A DNA stretch of 64,000 nucleotides. Origin: Desulfomonilia bacterium. Its GTDB lineage: Bacteria; Desulfobacterota; Desulfomonilia; UBA1062. The DNA is taken from contig JBEKDT010000013.1 of the NCBI GenBank assembly GCA_050014195.1, positions 64,001 through 128,000 on the forward strand, written 5' to 3'. The notes under the pieces are model-generated. The model saw only the letters and a program-made list of their open reading frames with translations. It made no database searches and had not been told where the DNA came from. The position numbers and the translations under genes are program-made. Each line of letters begins with the position of its first letter. Position 1 is the first letter of the stretch. Of this stretch, positions 31,805 to 40,837 are shown piece after piece.

Positions 31805-32539
31805 TTGTTTTATGAAGCTAAGGATGCAGAGATGCCAGGTTCCTATCTGAAAGATAAGAAAATGTTATTTCACGATGAGCTGGGATCGAAAAAAATTTGG
31901 GATGATTTTGCAAACAACTATGAGACAGTTCGAAGGTTGCATCTAGTCTTTGGAACATTTATTAACCCATCTGATTTGAATGGGAGTCTTTTCCTTGATG
32001 CAGGAAGTGGAGGTGGTCACTTCTCCCAAAAAGCAGAAGAATATGGAGCTAAGGTCATTTCTTTTGATATTGGATTGAATCTTCTTAAACAGGTGAGAAA
32101 TAGATGTTCAAGTAAAAAGGTTTCTGGCAGTGTACTGCAATTACCTTTTAAAGAGGACATCTTTGATGTGGTTCTTTCAACTGAGGTTATTGAACACACA
32201 CCTTCCCCTGTCAGTGCTATTCGAGAAATGTGCTCTGTTGTAAAACCTGGTGGCCTCCTTATTATAACCGTACCATGTCGATTATGGAATTTTGTTGTAA
32301 GGGCAGCATCATATTTCAGATTGCGTCCTTATCGGGGGTATGAGAATTTTCTTTGGCCTAATGAAATAAAAAAAGTAATCGAAGAAGAGGGCTTCCATAT
32401 TGAAACGTTAAGGGGTTTTAATTTCTGTCCAATTTTTACTAATAAACTTGATAGGCTGTTTATGTTTTTTGATAATCTCTATGGATTAAGATGGCCTCAT
32501 TTAATGGTTAACATTGCTGTAAGAGCAAGAAAGAGATAG
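31805..32539 (+). CDS. class I SAM methyltransferase (UbiG-like fold)
   Basis: LDAGSGGG, FDVVLSTEVIEH, VKPGG. Confidence 0.85.
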   Translation: MFYEAKDAEMPGSYLKDKKMLFHDELGSKKIWDDFANNYETVRRLHLVFGTFINPSDLNGSLFLDAGSGGGHFSQKAEEYGAKVISFDIGLNLLKQVRNRCSSKKVSGSVLQLPFKEDIFDVVLSTEVIEHTPSPVSAIREMCSVVKPGGLLIITVPCRLWNFVVRAASYFRLRPYRGYENFLWPNEIKKVIEEEGFHIETLRGFNFCPIFTNKLDRLFMFFDNLYGLRWPHLMVNIAVRARKR

Positions 32540-32597
32540 TTATAATATAAGCCAGCAGATTAATGAATATGTATTTTGTTCTGGAAGGAGTTTATAG

Positions 32598-33512
32598 TTG
32601 ATATCAATTATAATACCGGCATTTAACGAATCTGAAAATATTGAAATAATAGCTAACAGGGTTTCCCATGAACTTAAGGCCTATGAGCCTTTCGAGATAA
32701 TTTTTATTGATGATGGGAGCACTGATGCAACATTAGAGAAAATTAAGGCACTCTCTGCATTGAATAACAATATTAAGTACATATCCTTTTCCAGAAATTT
32801 TGGTCACCAGAAGGCTTTAATGGCAGGGATTGAGCATGCCAGTGGAGATTGTGTCATTAGTATGGATGCAGATATGCAGCACCCTCCAGAGATCATCAAG
32901 AACATGCTCGATAAATGGAAAGAAGGATATGATATTGTCTATAGTGTTAGACGGGATACAACTGAGACTGGTCTTTTAAAAAAGATAACATCTGGTTGTT
33001 TTTATAAATTGGTAAATAAGATATGTGAGATAGACATCCCCTTAGGTTCAGCTGACTTTAGACTTCTTGATAGAAAGGTTGTACTCGAACTAAGAAAATT
33101 TAAAGAGAATTGGTTATTTTTACGAGGTATTATTGCCTGGTTAGGATTCAAGCAGATAGGGATTGAATATGTCGTACAAAAAAGGCATGCAGGAAAGTCA
33201 AAATATTCCTTTAGAAAGATGCTAAGTCTCTCAATCCAGGGTATAACCTCTTTCAGTATTATGCCACTAAGAATTGCGGCATTTTTAGGTATTCTGTTTT
33301 CAATAGGTTCCTTCATATATATAATGTATGCACTATATGCAAAGCTCATTTTAGGCATTGCCATTGTTGGATGGACCTCAGTCTTGATATCAGTGTTATT
33401 CTTAGGAGGAATTCAATTGATTTTTTTAGGCATATTAGGAGAATATCTAGGTAAAATGTTCATTGAAACTAAAAATAGACCAAATTATATAATAAATGAA
33501 AAAAAAGTATGA
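32598..33512 (+). CDS. GT2 GtrB-like bactoprenol glycosyltransferase
   Basis: IDDGSTD, FSRNFGHQ, MDADMQHPPE, ADFRLLDR, GILGEYLGK..KNRP. Confidence 0.92.
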   Translation: MISIIIPAFNESENIEIIANRVSHELKAYEPFEIIFIDDGSTDATLEKIKALSALNNNIKYISFSRNFGHQKALMAGIEHASGDCVISMDADMQHPPEIIKNMLDKWKEGYDIVYSVRRDTTETGLLKKITSGCFYKLVNKICEIDIPLGSADFRLLDRKVVLELRKFKENWLFLRGIIAWLGFKQIGIEYVVQKRHAGKSKYSFRKMLSLSIQGITSFSIMPLRIAAFLGILFSIGSFIYIMYALYAKLILGIAIVGWTSVLISVLFLGGIQLIFLGILGEYLGKMFIETKNRPNYIINEKKV

Positions 33513-33689
33513 TAACAAAGCTGCTAAGAAGTCTATCAATCTTGTAGTTGTACATTACCGAATCTCACACACCCAGGCATATTGCGGCAATTGTGGTTCT
33601 AAATGGGTATTTGAATATAGAAGAAAGAATGAAATGAATTTTAGTAAGGAGTAGCCCAGACCTTGGTTCTTACAGTTACGATAGGCTCC

Positions 33690-33930
33690 TTATCATTCCA
33701 TCCGCAGTCATGTTATTCAGTTCAAGCTTTCGCTTTCCTATCACAAGGGAAAAAATGAAGCGATTGAACAATTTAACGTTGTTTGGAGTATAAACCCAGG
33801 GAATATACAGGTCCAGAAAATTTATCCCTGTTATTATTAATTCATTGGTTTTATCATTACAGGGACTACTGTTTTGATTCTGATTCTCATATACTTGGAT
33901 CAGGGAAGACTGGTGATGAAGCGAGCATCC
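33690..33930 (+). pseudogene. decayed TPR-encoding remnant
   Basis: Frameshifted fragments LSQGK/NEAIEQFNVVWSINPGN and YLDQGRL/DEA in a gap with no ORF. Confidence 0.5.
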
Positions 33931-34047
33931 AGGGAATCTGATGAATATGTCACTTAATCAACTCCACCGCGACCCTAAATAATGGTATTTGATGCTCACA
34001 CGTGATAGTATAATCTTTTCAATCGCATCAAGGATGGATGTTACTAG

Positions 34048-36309
34048 GTGAAAAAAAGCAATAACAGCGAGAAGCATAGTAGACTTGAAAATATTTCCCA
34101 AATGAAGCTAACAAGGTTTTTGTTTGTCCATAGCGAGATCTTTGTTCTCCTTTTTCTGATTAGTACGATATTCACCCTCTATTGGCAAGTCCTTGGCTTC
34201 CCATTCACTTACATGGACGATCCAACCTATGTGATCAAGAACACTCACGTACAAAAGGGGATATCCTTGGACAGTATTGCCTGGGCCTTCAGCTTCAAAC
34301 ATGGAGAAAATTTAAACTGGCACCCGCTTACCTGGATCAGCCACATGTTGGATTACCAACTTTTTGGATTGAACCCCGGAATGCACCACATAAGCAATGT
34401 ATTCTATCATACCTTAAACACCATACTGTTATTTCTTTCATTAAGATGGATGACTAACTCGGTATGGAAGAGCGCATTCGTAGCTGCTCTCTTTGCCTTG
34501 CATCCTGTCAATGTAGATTCAGTTGTATGGATCGCAGAGCGGAAAAATCTTTTGAGCACCACATTCTGGATGCTCACGATTATCTCTTACTTTTATTATA
34601 CCAGGAAGCCTAATACTATCTCGTATCTTCTCATCATCTTTACATTTTGTCTTGGTATGCTTGCAAAAACAATGTTGATGACCCTGCCATTTGTTCTCTT
34701 GCTGCTGGACTACTGGCCGCTCGGTAGGCTGAAACCTCCTCGATCAGGCAAGGATAATCAACAATGGGCTTCTTTTTTCCATGATGCCGCCCGTCTTTTT
34801 ATCGAGAAGATTCCTCTGATAATCTTAACACTTACATTTATATATGCAACCATGTTATCACTCAAGTACTCTGCGCAGATTAGTGCCAATCAAAATTTCC
34901 CTATGCATCTCAAGATCCAGAATGCAATAGTCTCCTACTTGATATACATGGGGAAAATGGTCTGGCCGAAGGACCTATGCATTTTCTATCCATTCCCAGA
35001 ATTTATACCGTTGTGGAAGCCGATAGTATCAATAGTGGCTCTTTTGTTCATAACGGCCATGGCTCTGCTAAAAAGTCGGAAATATCCCTATCTCATTGTT
35101 GGCTGGCTTTGGTTTCTTGGTGCGCTCGTGCCGGTACTCGGGATTATACAGGCAGGCCTCTGGCCTGCTATAGGTGAGCGTTGGGCATATGTCCCTTATA
35201 TAGGTTTGTTCGTTATTATTGCGTGGGGGATCCCTGATCTTTTTTCACATATTCCTCAGAAAAAGATCATCTTCACTGGGGCTGTCATTGTGGTATTAAC
35301 CTTGCTCACATTGCGGACATTGTTTCAAATAGGATATTGGAAGGATGATGTTACCCTTTTTTCTCATTGTATTAAAATCAATCCAGATAATAATGTTGCC
35401 CAAACTAATCTTGGAAATATCTATGCTTTTCAAGGTAAATCCGAAGAGGCTTTTCATCATTTTCATGAAGCACTGAGAATACACCCCAATGATGTCTTTG
35501 CCTTGGATGGTCTAGCGCGCCTCTACAATAAGATGGGACAATATGATAAATCGATTCAATTTTATAAAGAGGAAATAGGGTATCATCCGAAAGATGTTAA
35601 CTTATATTTTAACTCGAATTTTGATCTTGGAACTGTATATGCTGCCAAAGGAGATCTTGAAAAGGCTATCAAACAATTTTCTTATGTGATTAGTCTGAAT
35701 CCAGATTATGCACTGGCATATTACAACCTTGGAATTATCTCTGTACAGAGGCAAGATATGAGTAAAGCAACGGAATACTTCTCATTGGCACTTAAGCTAA
35801 ATAATGAAGACAAAGACTCACATTGTTCTCTGGGTGCGGTCCTGATGAAACAGGGAAGGATCGATGATGCTATAAATCAATTTAATGAGGCCTTGAGGAT
35901 TGACCCTCATTTTAAGGAGGCTAGAAATTACTTAGCATCGGCGGGACTTATCAAGAAAAAGGTGGATGAGAATATTGTAAAGCTTGAACAGGATAAAGTG
36001 AGAGAGCCCAACAATCCTGATGTATTACAAAAATTGGCTGTACTCTATGCAAAGAAAGGTGAAAATTCAAAAGCCCTAGATAACTTAAAGAGATTGGTTG
36101 AGATCCAACCCGCAAATCCAAATGGATATTATAATATTGCATGCGTATATGCAAAAGAGGGTAATGTAAACCTTTCTATAGAATGGTTAAAAAAATCTCT
36201 TGATAAAGGATTTAAGGATTGGAATCTGTTGAAGACAGATAAGGACCTTGATAACATTAGAACATCACATTTCTATAAAGATTTAATTCAAAAAATTTCA
36301 GACAAATGA
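34048..36309 (+). CDS. TMTC-like GT-C + TPR (paralogue 4)
   Basis: FTYMDDPTY, NWHPLTW, LFALHPVNVDSVVWIAERK, GERWAYVP, TPRs, YYNIACVYA module. Confidence 0.82.
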   Translation: MKKSNNSEKHSRLENISQMKLTRFLFVHSEIFVLLFLISTIFTLYWQVLGFPFTYMDDPTYVIKNTHVQKGISLDSIAWAFSFKHGENLNWHPLTWISHMLDYQLFGLNPGMHHISNVFYHTLNTILLFLSLRWMTNSVWKSAFVAALFALHPVNVDSVVWIAERKNLLSTTFWMLTIISYFYYTRKPNTISYLLIIFTFCLGMLAKTMLMTLPFVLLLLDYWPLGRLKPPRSGKDNQQWASFFHDAARLFIEKIPLIILTLTFIYATMLSLKYSAQISANQNFPMHLKIQNAIVSYLIYMGKMVWPKDLCIFYPFPEFIPLWKPIVSIVALLFITAMALLKSRKYPYLIVGWLWFLGALVPVLGIIQAGLWPAIGERWAYVPYIGLFVIIAWGIPDLFSHIPQKKIIFTGAVIVVLTLLTLRTLFQIGYWKDDVTLFSHCIKINPDNNVAQTNLGNIYAFQGKSEEAFHHFHEALRIHPNDVFALDGLARLYNKMGQYDKSIQFYKEEIGYHPKDVNLYFNSNFDLGTVYAAKGDLEKAIKQFSYVISLNPDYALAYYNLGIISVQRQDMSKATEYFSLALKLNNEDKDSHCSLGAVLMKQGRIDDAINQFNEALRIDPHFKEARNYLASAGLIKKKVDENIVKLEQDKVREPNNPDVLQKLAVLYAKKGENSKALDNLKRLVEIQPANPNGYYNIACVYAKEGNVNLSIEWLKKSLDKGFKDWNLLKTDKDLDNIRTSHFYKDLIQKISDK

Positions 36310-36676
36310 TTATATATAGTGACTATTGAACTTACTTAAATATGTGTATTTCTCAAGATGCCGGGATTCTTGTTCTTGCTTCTCGATATATGCTCTAACA
36401 GTATCCTTATCCTTACTAAAAGTGGGCACATATTACCCCTGTAATCTTACCAGGCTCACAGAATTCCATTGCAATAGTTTTTCTCAATCTGATAAGATAA
36501 AATTATTGTTATGAAATATAAAAAATGACAAATTACTAGATACAGTATGACAAAGAGAATTATTATTTCAATGCATTATGTGTAATGTCCGGAATAATAT
36601 CTAGTAATATATTATAATCGTTGTATAAGATAATTTTTTATACTGCTTCGAAAAGTCATATATGTAAAGGAGTGAT

Positions 36677-37135
36677 ATGAAAATATTAAAAATTATAATA
36701 GCCGGACTATCCCTTATTCTAATAATTTATGCCTGTAGCAGTGGGCATAACACAACAGGTGGTGTAGGTTGGTACCCTATACTCACAGATGTTCATATGT
36801 TTAATGTCAATGATTCTACTAATCCAGTTGAGGAATCTACATTTGGGGTTGGTGATCATGTAAGCTTTGATATTGATGCTGAAGATGATGATCTGAATAT
36901 GAAAACCTTTTGGGTGACTGAAGTTTCATTAACCACTACTGAAACGACCACACTTGTTAGTGGCCCAATCGCTGTTGCATTACCTGGACAAAACGGCCAG
37001 CAGATCGTGTCGTGGACTAATATTGACCCGATAACAATATTAAAGCCAACTGGGAAATTTAGAATGGATTTTCAGATAGAGGATGCGACAGGCAATAAAT
37101 CATATGTAGTATCAATAACTTATACAGTAAAGTGA
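36677..37135 (+). CDS. putative lipoprotein, Thr-rich, predicted beta-sandwich
   Basis: MKILK + hydrophobic stretch + IYAC lipobox; AAGGAG RBS; DAEDDDLN and QIEDATGNKS patterns. Confidence 0.7.
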   Translation: MKILKIIIAGLSLILIIYACSSGHNTTGGVGWYPILTDVHMFNVNDSTNPVEESTFGVGDHVSFDIDAEDDDLNMKTFWVTEVSLTTTETTTLVSGPIAVALPGQNGQQIVSWTNIDPITILKPTGKFRMDFQIEDATGNKSYVVSITYTVK

Positions 37136-37220
37136 ACTAAGCCTATCTTTATATTTTTGAAGCATTTAAGATGTTAAAGAATTGATATAAAAGGAAAAGA
37201 GAGGAGTTTGAGTAAGAACC

Positions 37221-37601
37221 ATGAAAAATCTTTGCAACATTTTGTGGAAGAGATTTTCCATTACGATTGTGATCTTGTTATTAGGTCTGGTTATCATATT
37301 TTCAGGATGTGGTGGCGGAGAGTTTTCAGGTTATAACTTCACCATATCCGGTGCAGTGAGTGGCGCGATCACACAAGGTGTTACCATAGCATTAACTGAT
37401 GAAAGTGAACAGCAAGAAGGCGTTGCGGTAACTGATTCTAATGGAAACTATACCTTTAGTAACCTTTCGAACGGGTCATATATTGTCACACCATCTTTTT
37501 CCGGTTACACATTCAATCCAACCTATCAAGTAGTTAAAATCAGCAGTGCAACGGTTACTAACATTGACTTTACATCCGTAGAAAATACGCAGGGGGAGTA
37601 G
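37221..37601 (+). CDS. putative lipoprotein with carboxypeptidase-regulatory-like (prealbumin fold) domain
   Basis: FSGC lipobox; TISGAVSG..GVTIAL..TDSNGNYTFSNLSNGSYIVTPS..GYTF. Confidence 0.8.
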   Translation: MKNLCNILWKRFSITIVILLLGLVIIFSGCGGGEFSGYNFTISGAVSGAITQGVTIALTDESEQQEGVAVTDSNGNYTFSNLSNGSYIVTPSFSGYTFNPTYQVVKISSATVTNIDFTSVENTQGE

Positions 37602-37873
37602 TGACCGTAACTGTGAGAGGCAATAGAGCCAACAGAGTGTGACCATAGCACTGAGCGGTGCACAAGACCTAAACTATGCTAATGTCATAATCTCTGTTAT
37701 TTAATCACGGTAATGATGAGACAGAACACTAGATAAATTCGGCCCTGCAATAAAGTGGACTTGTAAACTTTTTCACATTGACACTATACTCCTTAATACC
37801 CATTTTTTGATAGAGTATATCAAGCGGTATATATCCTTGGTGAATTTAATCAATACTAAAGGGGGTATCTGCA

Positions 37874-38866
37874 ATGCAGAAGGCATTAGTAACCGGGGCT
37901 GCCGGGTTCATTGGTTCGCATGTAGTCAGGGAGTTGCTTTCGGAGAATGTGGAGGTGAGGTGCCTGATCCGACCCGGCGAATCCACGAGAAATCTGGATG
38001 AACTTGACGTGGAGTTACTTACAGGAGACATACTTGATATTGCGGCGGTAGAGAAGGCCCTTGACGGGATAGACACGGTTTTTCACCTGGCTGCCGTCTA
38101 TTCAATTTGGATGCGTGACTGGAGCAGGATCTATGAGGTGAATATCCAGGGTGCCCGCAACGTTCTATGGGCAAGCCTGAAAAAGGAAATAGAGAAGATA
38201 GTTTTCACAAGCTCCATAGCCGCCATCGGTATAGCACCCGGAAAGGCCTTAAGTACTGAAGATACACTATTTAACCAATACACGCTGGGGAATCATTACG
38301 TTCTCACCAAGTACCTCTCACAGCAGGAGGCCATTGGTTTTACAAAAAGAGGGCTTGATCTTGTGATTGTAAACCCGTGCTTCCCTTTTGGGCCAATGGA
38401 TCTGGTCCCTACACCCACAGGGCAGATCATCGTGGATGTGCTCAAAGGCATAAACCGATTTTTCTTCAACGGCGGGATTAATATCGTTGATGTCCGTGAT
38501 GTAGCAAAGGGGCATGTACTTGCTGCAAAGAAGGGAAGGGCAGGGAACCTGTATATCCTGGGTAACAGAAATATCCCTATGAAGGATTTCTTCAGGCTGG
38601 TCTGCCGTGAGGCCGGTTTTGATGGCCGTATGCTTCTCAAGTTGCCCATACCGGCGATGAAGGTAGGTACTGCTGTTCTTAAGATGTGGTCCGACTATGT
38701 GAGCCACAAGCCTCCCATGTCAACGCCTGCTGAGATCGCTTACGCCTCACAGTACCTCTATTTCGACAACACAAAGGCGGTTACCGAACTCGGCCTAACC
38801 TTCAAACCTGTGGAGAATTCGTTACAAGATTCCATCAATTGGTTCAGAGAAAACAGGTATGTCTAA
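37874..38866 (+). CDS. NAD-dependent epimerase/dehydratase (HpnA/dihydroflavonol reductase-like)
   Basis: VTGAAGFIG, FTSS, YVLTK, PTPTG, VDVRDVAKGH. Confidence 0.88.
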   Translation: MQKALVTGAAGFIGSHVVRELLSENVEVRCLIRPGESTRNLDELDVELLTGDILDIAAVEKALDGIDTVFHLAAVYSIWMRDWSRIYEVNIQGARNVLWASLKKEIEKIVFTSSIAAIGIAPGKALSTEDTLFNQYTLGNHYVLTKYLSQQEAIGFTKRGLDLVIVNPCFPFGPMDLVPTPTGQIIVDVLKGINRFFFNGGINIVDVRDVAKGHVLAAKKGRAGNLYILGNRNIPMKDFFRLVCREAGFDGRMLLKLPIPAMKVGTAVLKMWSDYVSHKPPMSTPAEIAYASQYLYFDNTKAVTELGLTFKPVENSLQDSINWFRENRYV

Positions 38867-40369
38867 ATGACTTGGGAGGAAAATGCACGAATGGACAGGA
38901 AAGATCTGAACAATAAACTCGACAAGATGTTCTATCCATCCTCGGTTGCAGTGGTAGGGGCGTCCGAAGTGCCGGTAAAGTGGGGAAACCTCATCCTCAC
39001 GTCCATACTGGGATGGGAATACAAAGGGAAGGTATTTCCAGTGAACCCGAAGAAGGAACAAATCCTGGGTATAAAATGCTACCCGAGCCTGACTGCAATA
39101 CCGGAAAATGTCGACCTTGCAGTGCTCGTCATTCCCGCACCTTACATACCTTCAACCATGAGAGAATGTGTAGCCAAAGGCATCTCGGCCGTTGTGATCA
39201 TCTCTTCCGGGTTCAGGGAGATGGGAGAAGAAGGGGCGCAACTTGAAAAGGAGATTATTGAGATAGCCCGGCAAGGTGGGCTTGTATTCATAGGTCCGAA
39301 CACTATGGGTATAGCATCGGCGCATCACTTTTTCGAGGCCTTGCCGACATCCACAGCGGCGAAACCGGGAGGCCTTGCCGTCATATCTCAGAGCGGCAAC
39401 TTGGGTCTTCAAATCATAAAATGGATCGCGCAGAAAGGCATAGGGCTTTCCCTGTATGCCGGCACCGGAAACGAGGCTATGCTGCACGCGAGCGACCTCC
39501 TTGTGTATATGGGCGAACGCGACGAGGTTAAGGCCATTGCCATGTACATGGAAGGTATTACAGACGGCAGGGAGTTCATGGAGATCGCGCATGAAGTATC
39601 GAAAAAAAAACCGGTTGTTGCCCTGAAGGCCGGCAGATCGCAGGCAGGATCAAGGGCCGCCCAGTCTCACACCGGATCTATGGCGGGTTCATATGCAACG
39701 TATAAGGCTATGTTCACCCAGGCAGGAGTCATCCAGGTAAACACCCCTTTGGAGTTGCTGAATGTATCTGCCGCCATGACCGTTCTGCCCATACCGCGAT
39801 CCAACCGGACCGCCATCATGACCATGGGCGGTGGGTGGGGTATCATCGCCGCAGATGAATGTGAAGATAAAGGCCTTGTCCTGCCTCAGCTCACCCCTGC
39901 CATCATCAAGGATTTCGATGCACGACTCCCGCAATACTGGAACAGGAGGAACCCCGTGGATGTGGTAGGTGAGGGGGACCCCGAACTGTATCTCCATGTG
40001 ATACAGACACTTGCCGAATGGCACGAGGTGGATGCCGTGGTCGCTTTGGGCATAGTCGGAAGGTCACGCTATGTGGAAGACTTTATTGCATGCCAGGAAC
40101 GGTTTGACGGCAAGCTTTACACAAAGGAGCTCAAGCTTTCCGTGCTCAAGGCCCAGATCCAGGCAGAAGACCGCGTTATATCAGGTATCGGCAGGATACA
40201 AAAGGAGACGGGCAAGCCAATACTCGTGGTAGCGCTTACCGAGGAGGGATTGGCCCTGAAGCAGACCGGCTTTGGCCCTGTGGTCACTCTCTCCACACCC
40301 GAGGATGCAGTGGACATCATTGCTCACATGGCGCACTACGGCATGTTCCTCGAAGGGTCTATGGCGTGA
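38867..40369 (+). CDS. acyl-CoA synthetase (NDP-forming) alpha-subunit-like CoA-binding protein
   Basis: SVAVVGAS, GPNTMG, SQSG, AAQSHTGSMAG (phospho-His), NPVD. Confidence 0.88.
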   Translation: MTWEENARMDRKDLNNKLDKMFYPSSVAVVGASEVPVKWGNLILTSILGWEYKGKVFPVNPKKEQILGIKCYPSLTAIPENVDLAVLVIPAPYIPSTMRECVAKGISAVVIISSGFREMGEEGAQLEKEIIEIARQGGLVFIGPNTMGIASAHHFFEALPTSTAAKPGGLAVISQSGNLGLQIIKWIAQKGIGLSLYAGTGNEAMLHASDLLVYMGERDEVKAIAMYMEGITDGREFMEIAHEVSKKKPVVALKAGRSQAGSRAAQSHTGSMAGSYATYKAMFTQAGVIQVNTPLELLNVSAAMTVLPIPRSNRTAIMTMGGGWGIIAADECEDKGLVLPQLTPAIIKDFDARLPQYWNRRNPVDVVGEGDPELYLHVIQTLAEWHEVDAVVALGIVGRSRYVEDFIACQERFDGKLYTKELKLSVLKAQIQAEDRVISGIGRIQKETGKPILVVALTEEGLALKQTGFGPVVTLSTPEDAVDIIAHMAHYGMFLEGSMA

Positions 40370-40376
40370 AGTAGCT

Positions 40377-40772
40377 TTATTCTTTTACTATGACCCCCAC
40401 GATATAACCCGCCAACACCATCTTGATGAGGGTGCTGAGAAACCAGATATGGGCAATGAAGGCAGTAATGGGCATTGCTGCATAGCTGCCATAGCCCATG
40501 GCGAACCCTGCTCCGAGCCCGTAGAGGGCTCCGTATTCCACTGCAACAGATCTACTCTTTTCATGAATCAGAAATGCGTAGATTGCAGTGAAAATGCATG
40601 AGCTTACGGCTGTGACAAGATAGATAAGCCATGGGCTCATCTCCTCCATAGGCCTCCAGAGCTGGGAAGTCTCGGAATAGGCACCTGTGAGGATGAATCC
40701 ATGCACTATAAAGTCAATGATGGCCCAAATAATAAAGATAATGACGGTTGCAATGACGGATTTCCTAAGCAT
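40377..40772 (-). CDS. small 4-TM membrane protein
   Basis: AAGGAGG RBS before ATG 40772; four hydrophobic segments. Confidence 0.7.
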   Translation of the reverse strand: MLRKSVIATVIIFIIWAIIDFIVHGFILTGAYSETSQLWRPMEEMSPWLIYLVTAVSSCIFTAIYAFLIHEKSRSVAVEYGALYGLGAGFAMGYGSYAAMPITAFIAHIWFLSTLIKMVLAGYIVGVIVKE

Positions 40773-40837
40773 AATCCCACCTCCTTTAGAAGACAATTCT
40801 ATCTTATACAGTACTCGATTATACCATTTGCTGACTA

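Noticed and set aside
39602-39610. A9 homopolymer as a phase-variation tract
   Set aside because: Encodes Lys-Lys-Lys in an intact metabolic gene
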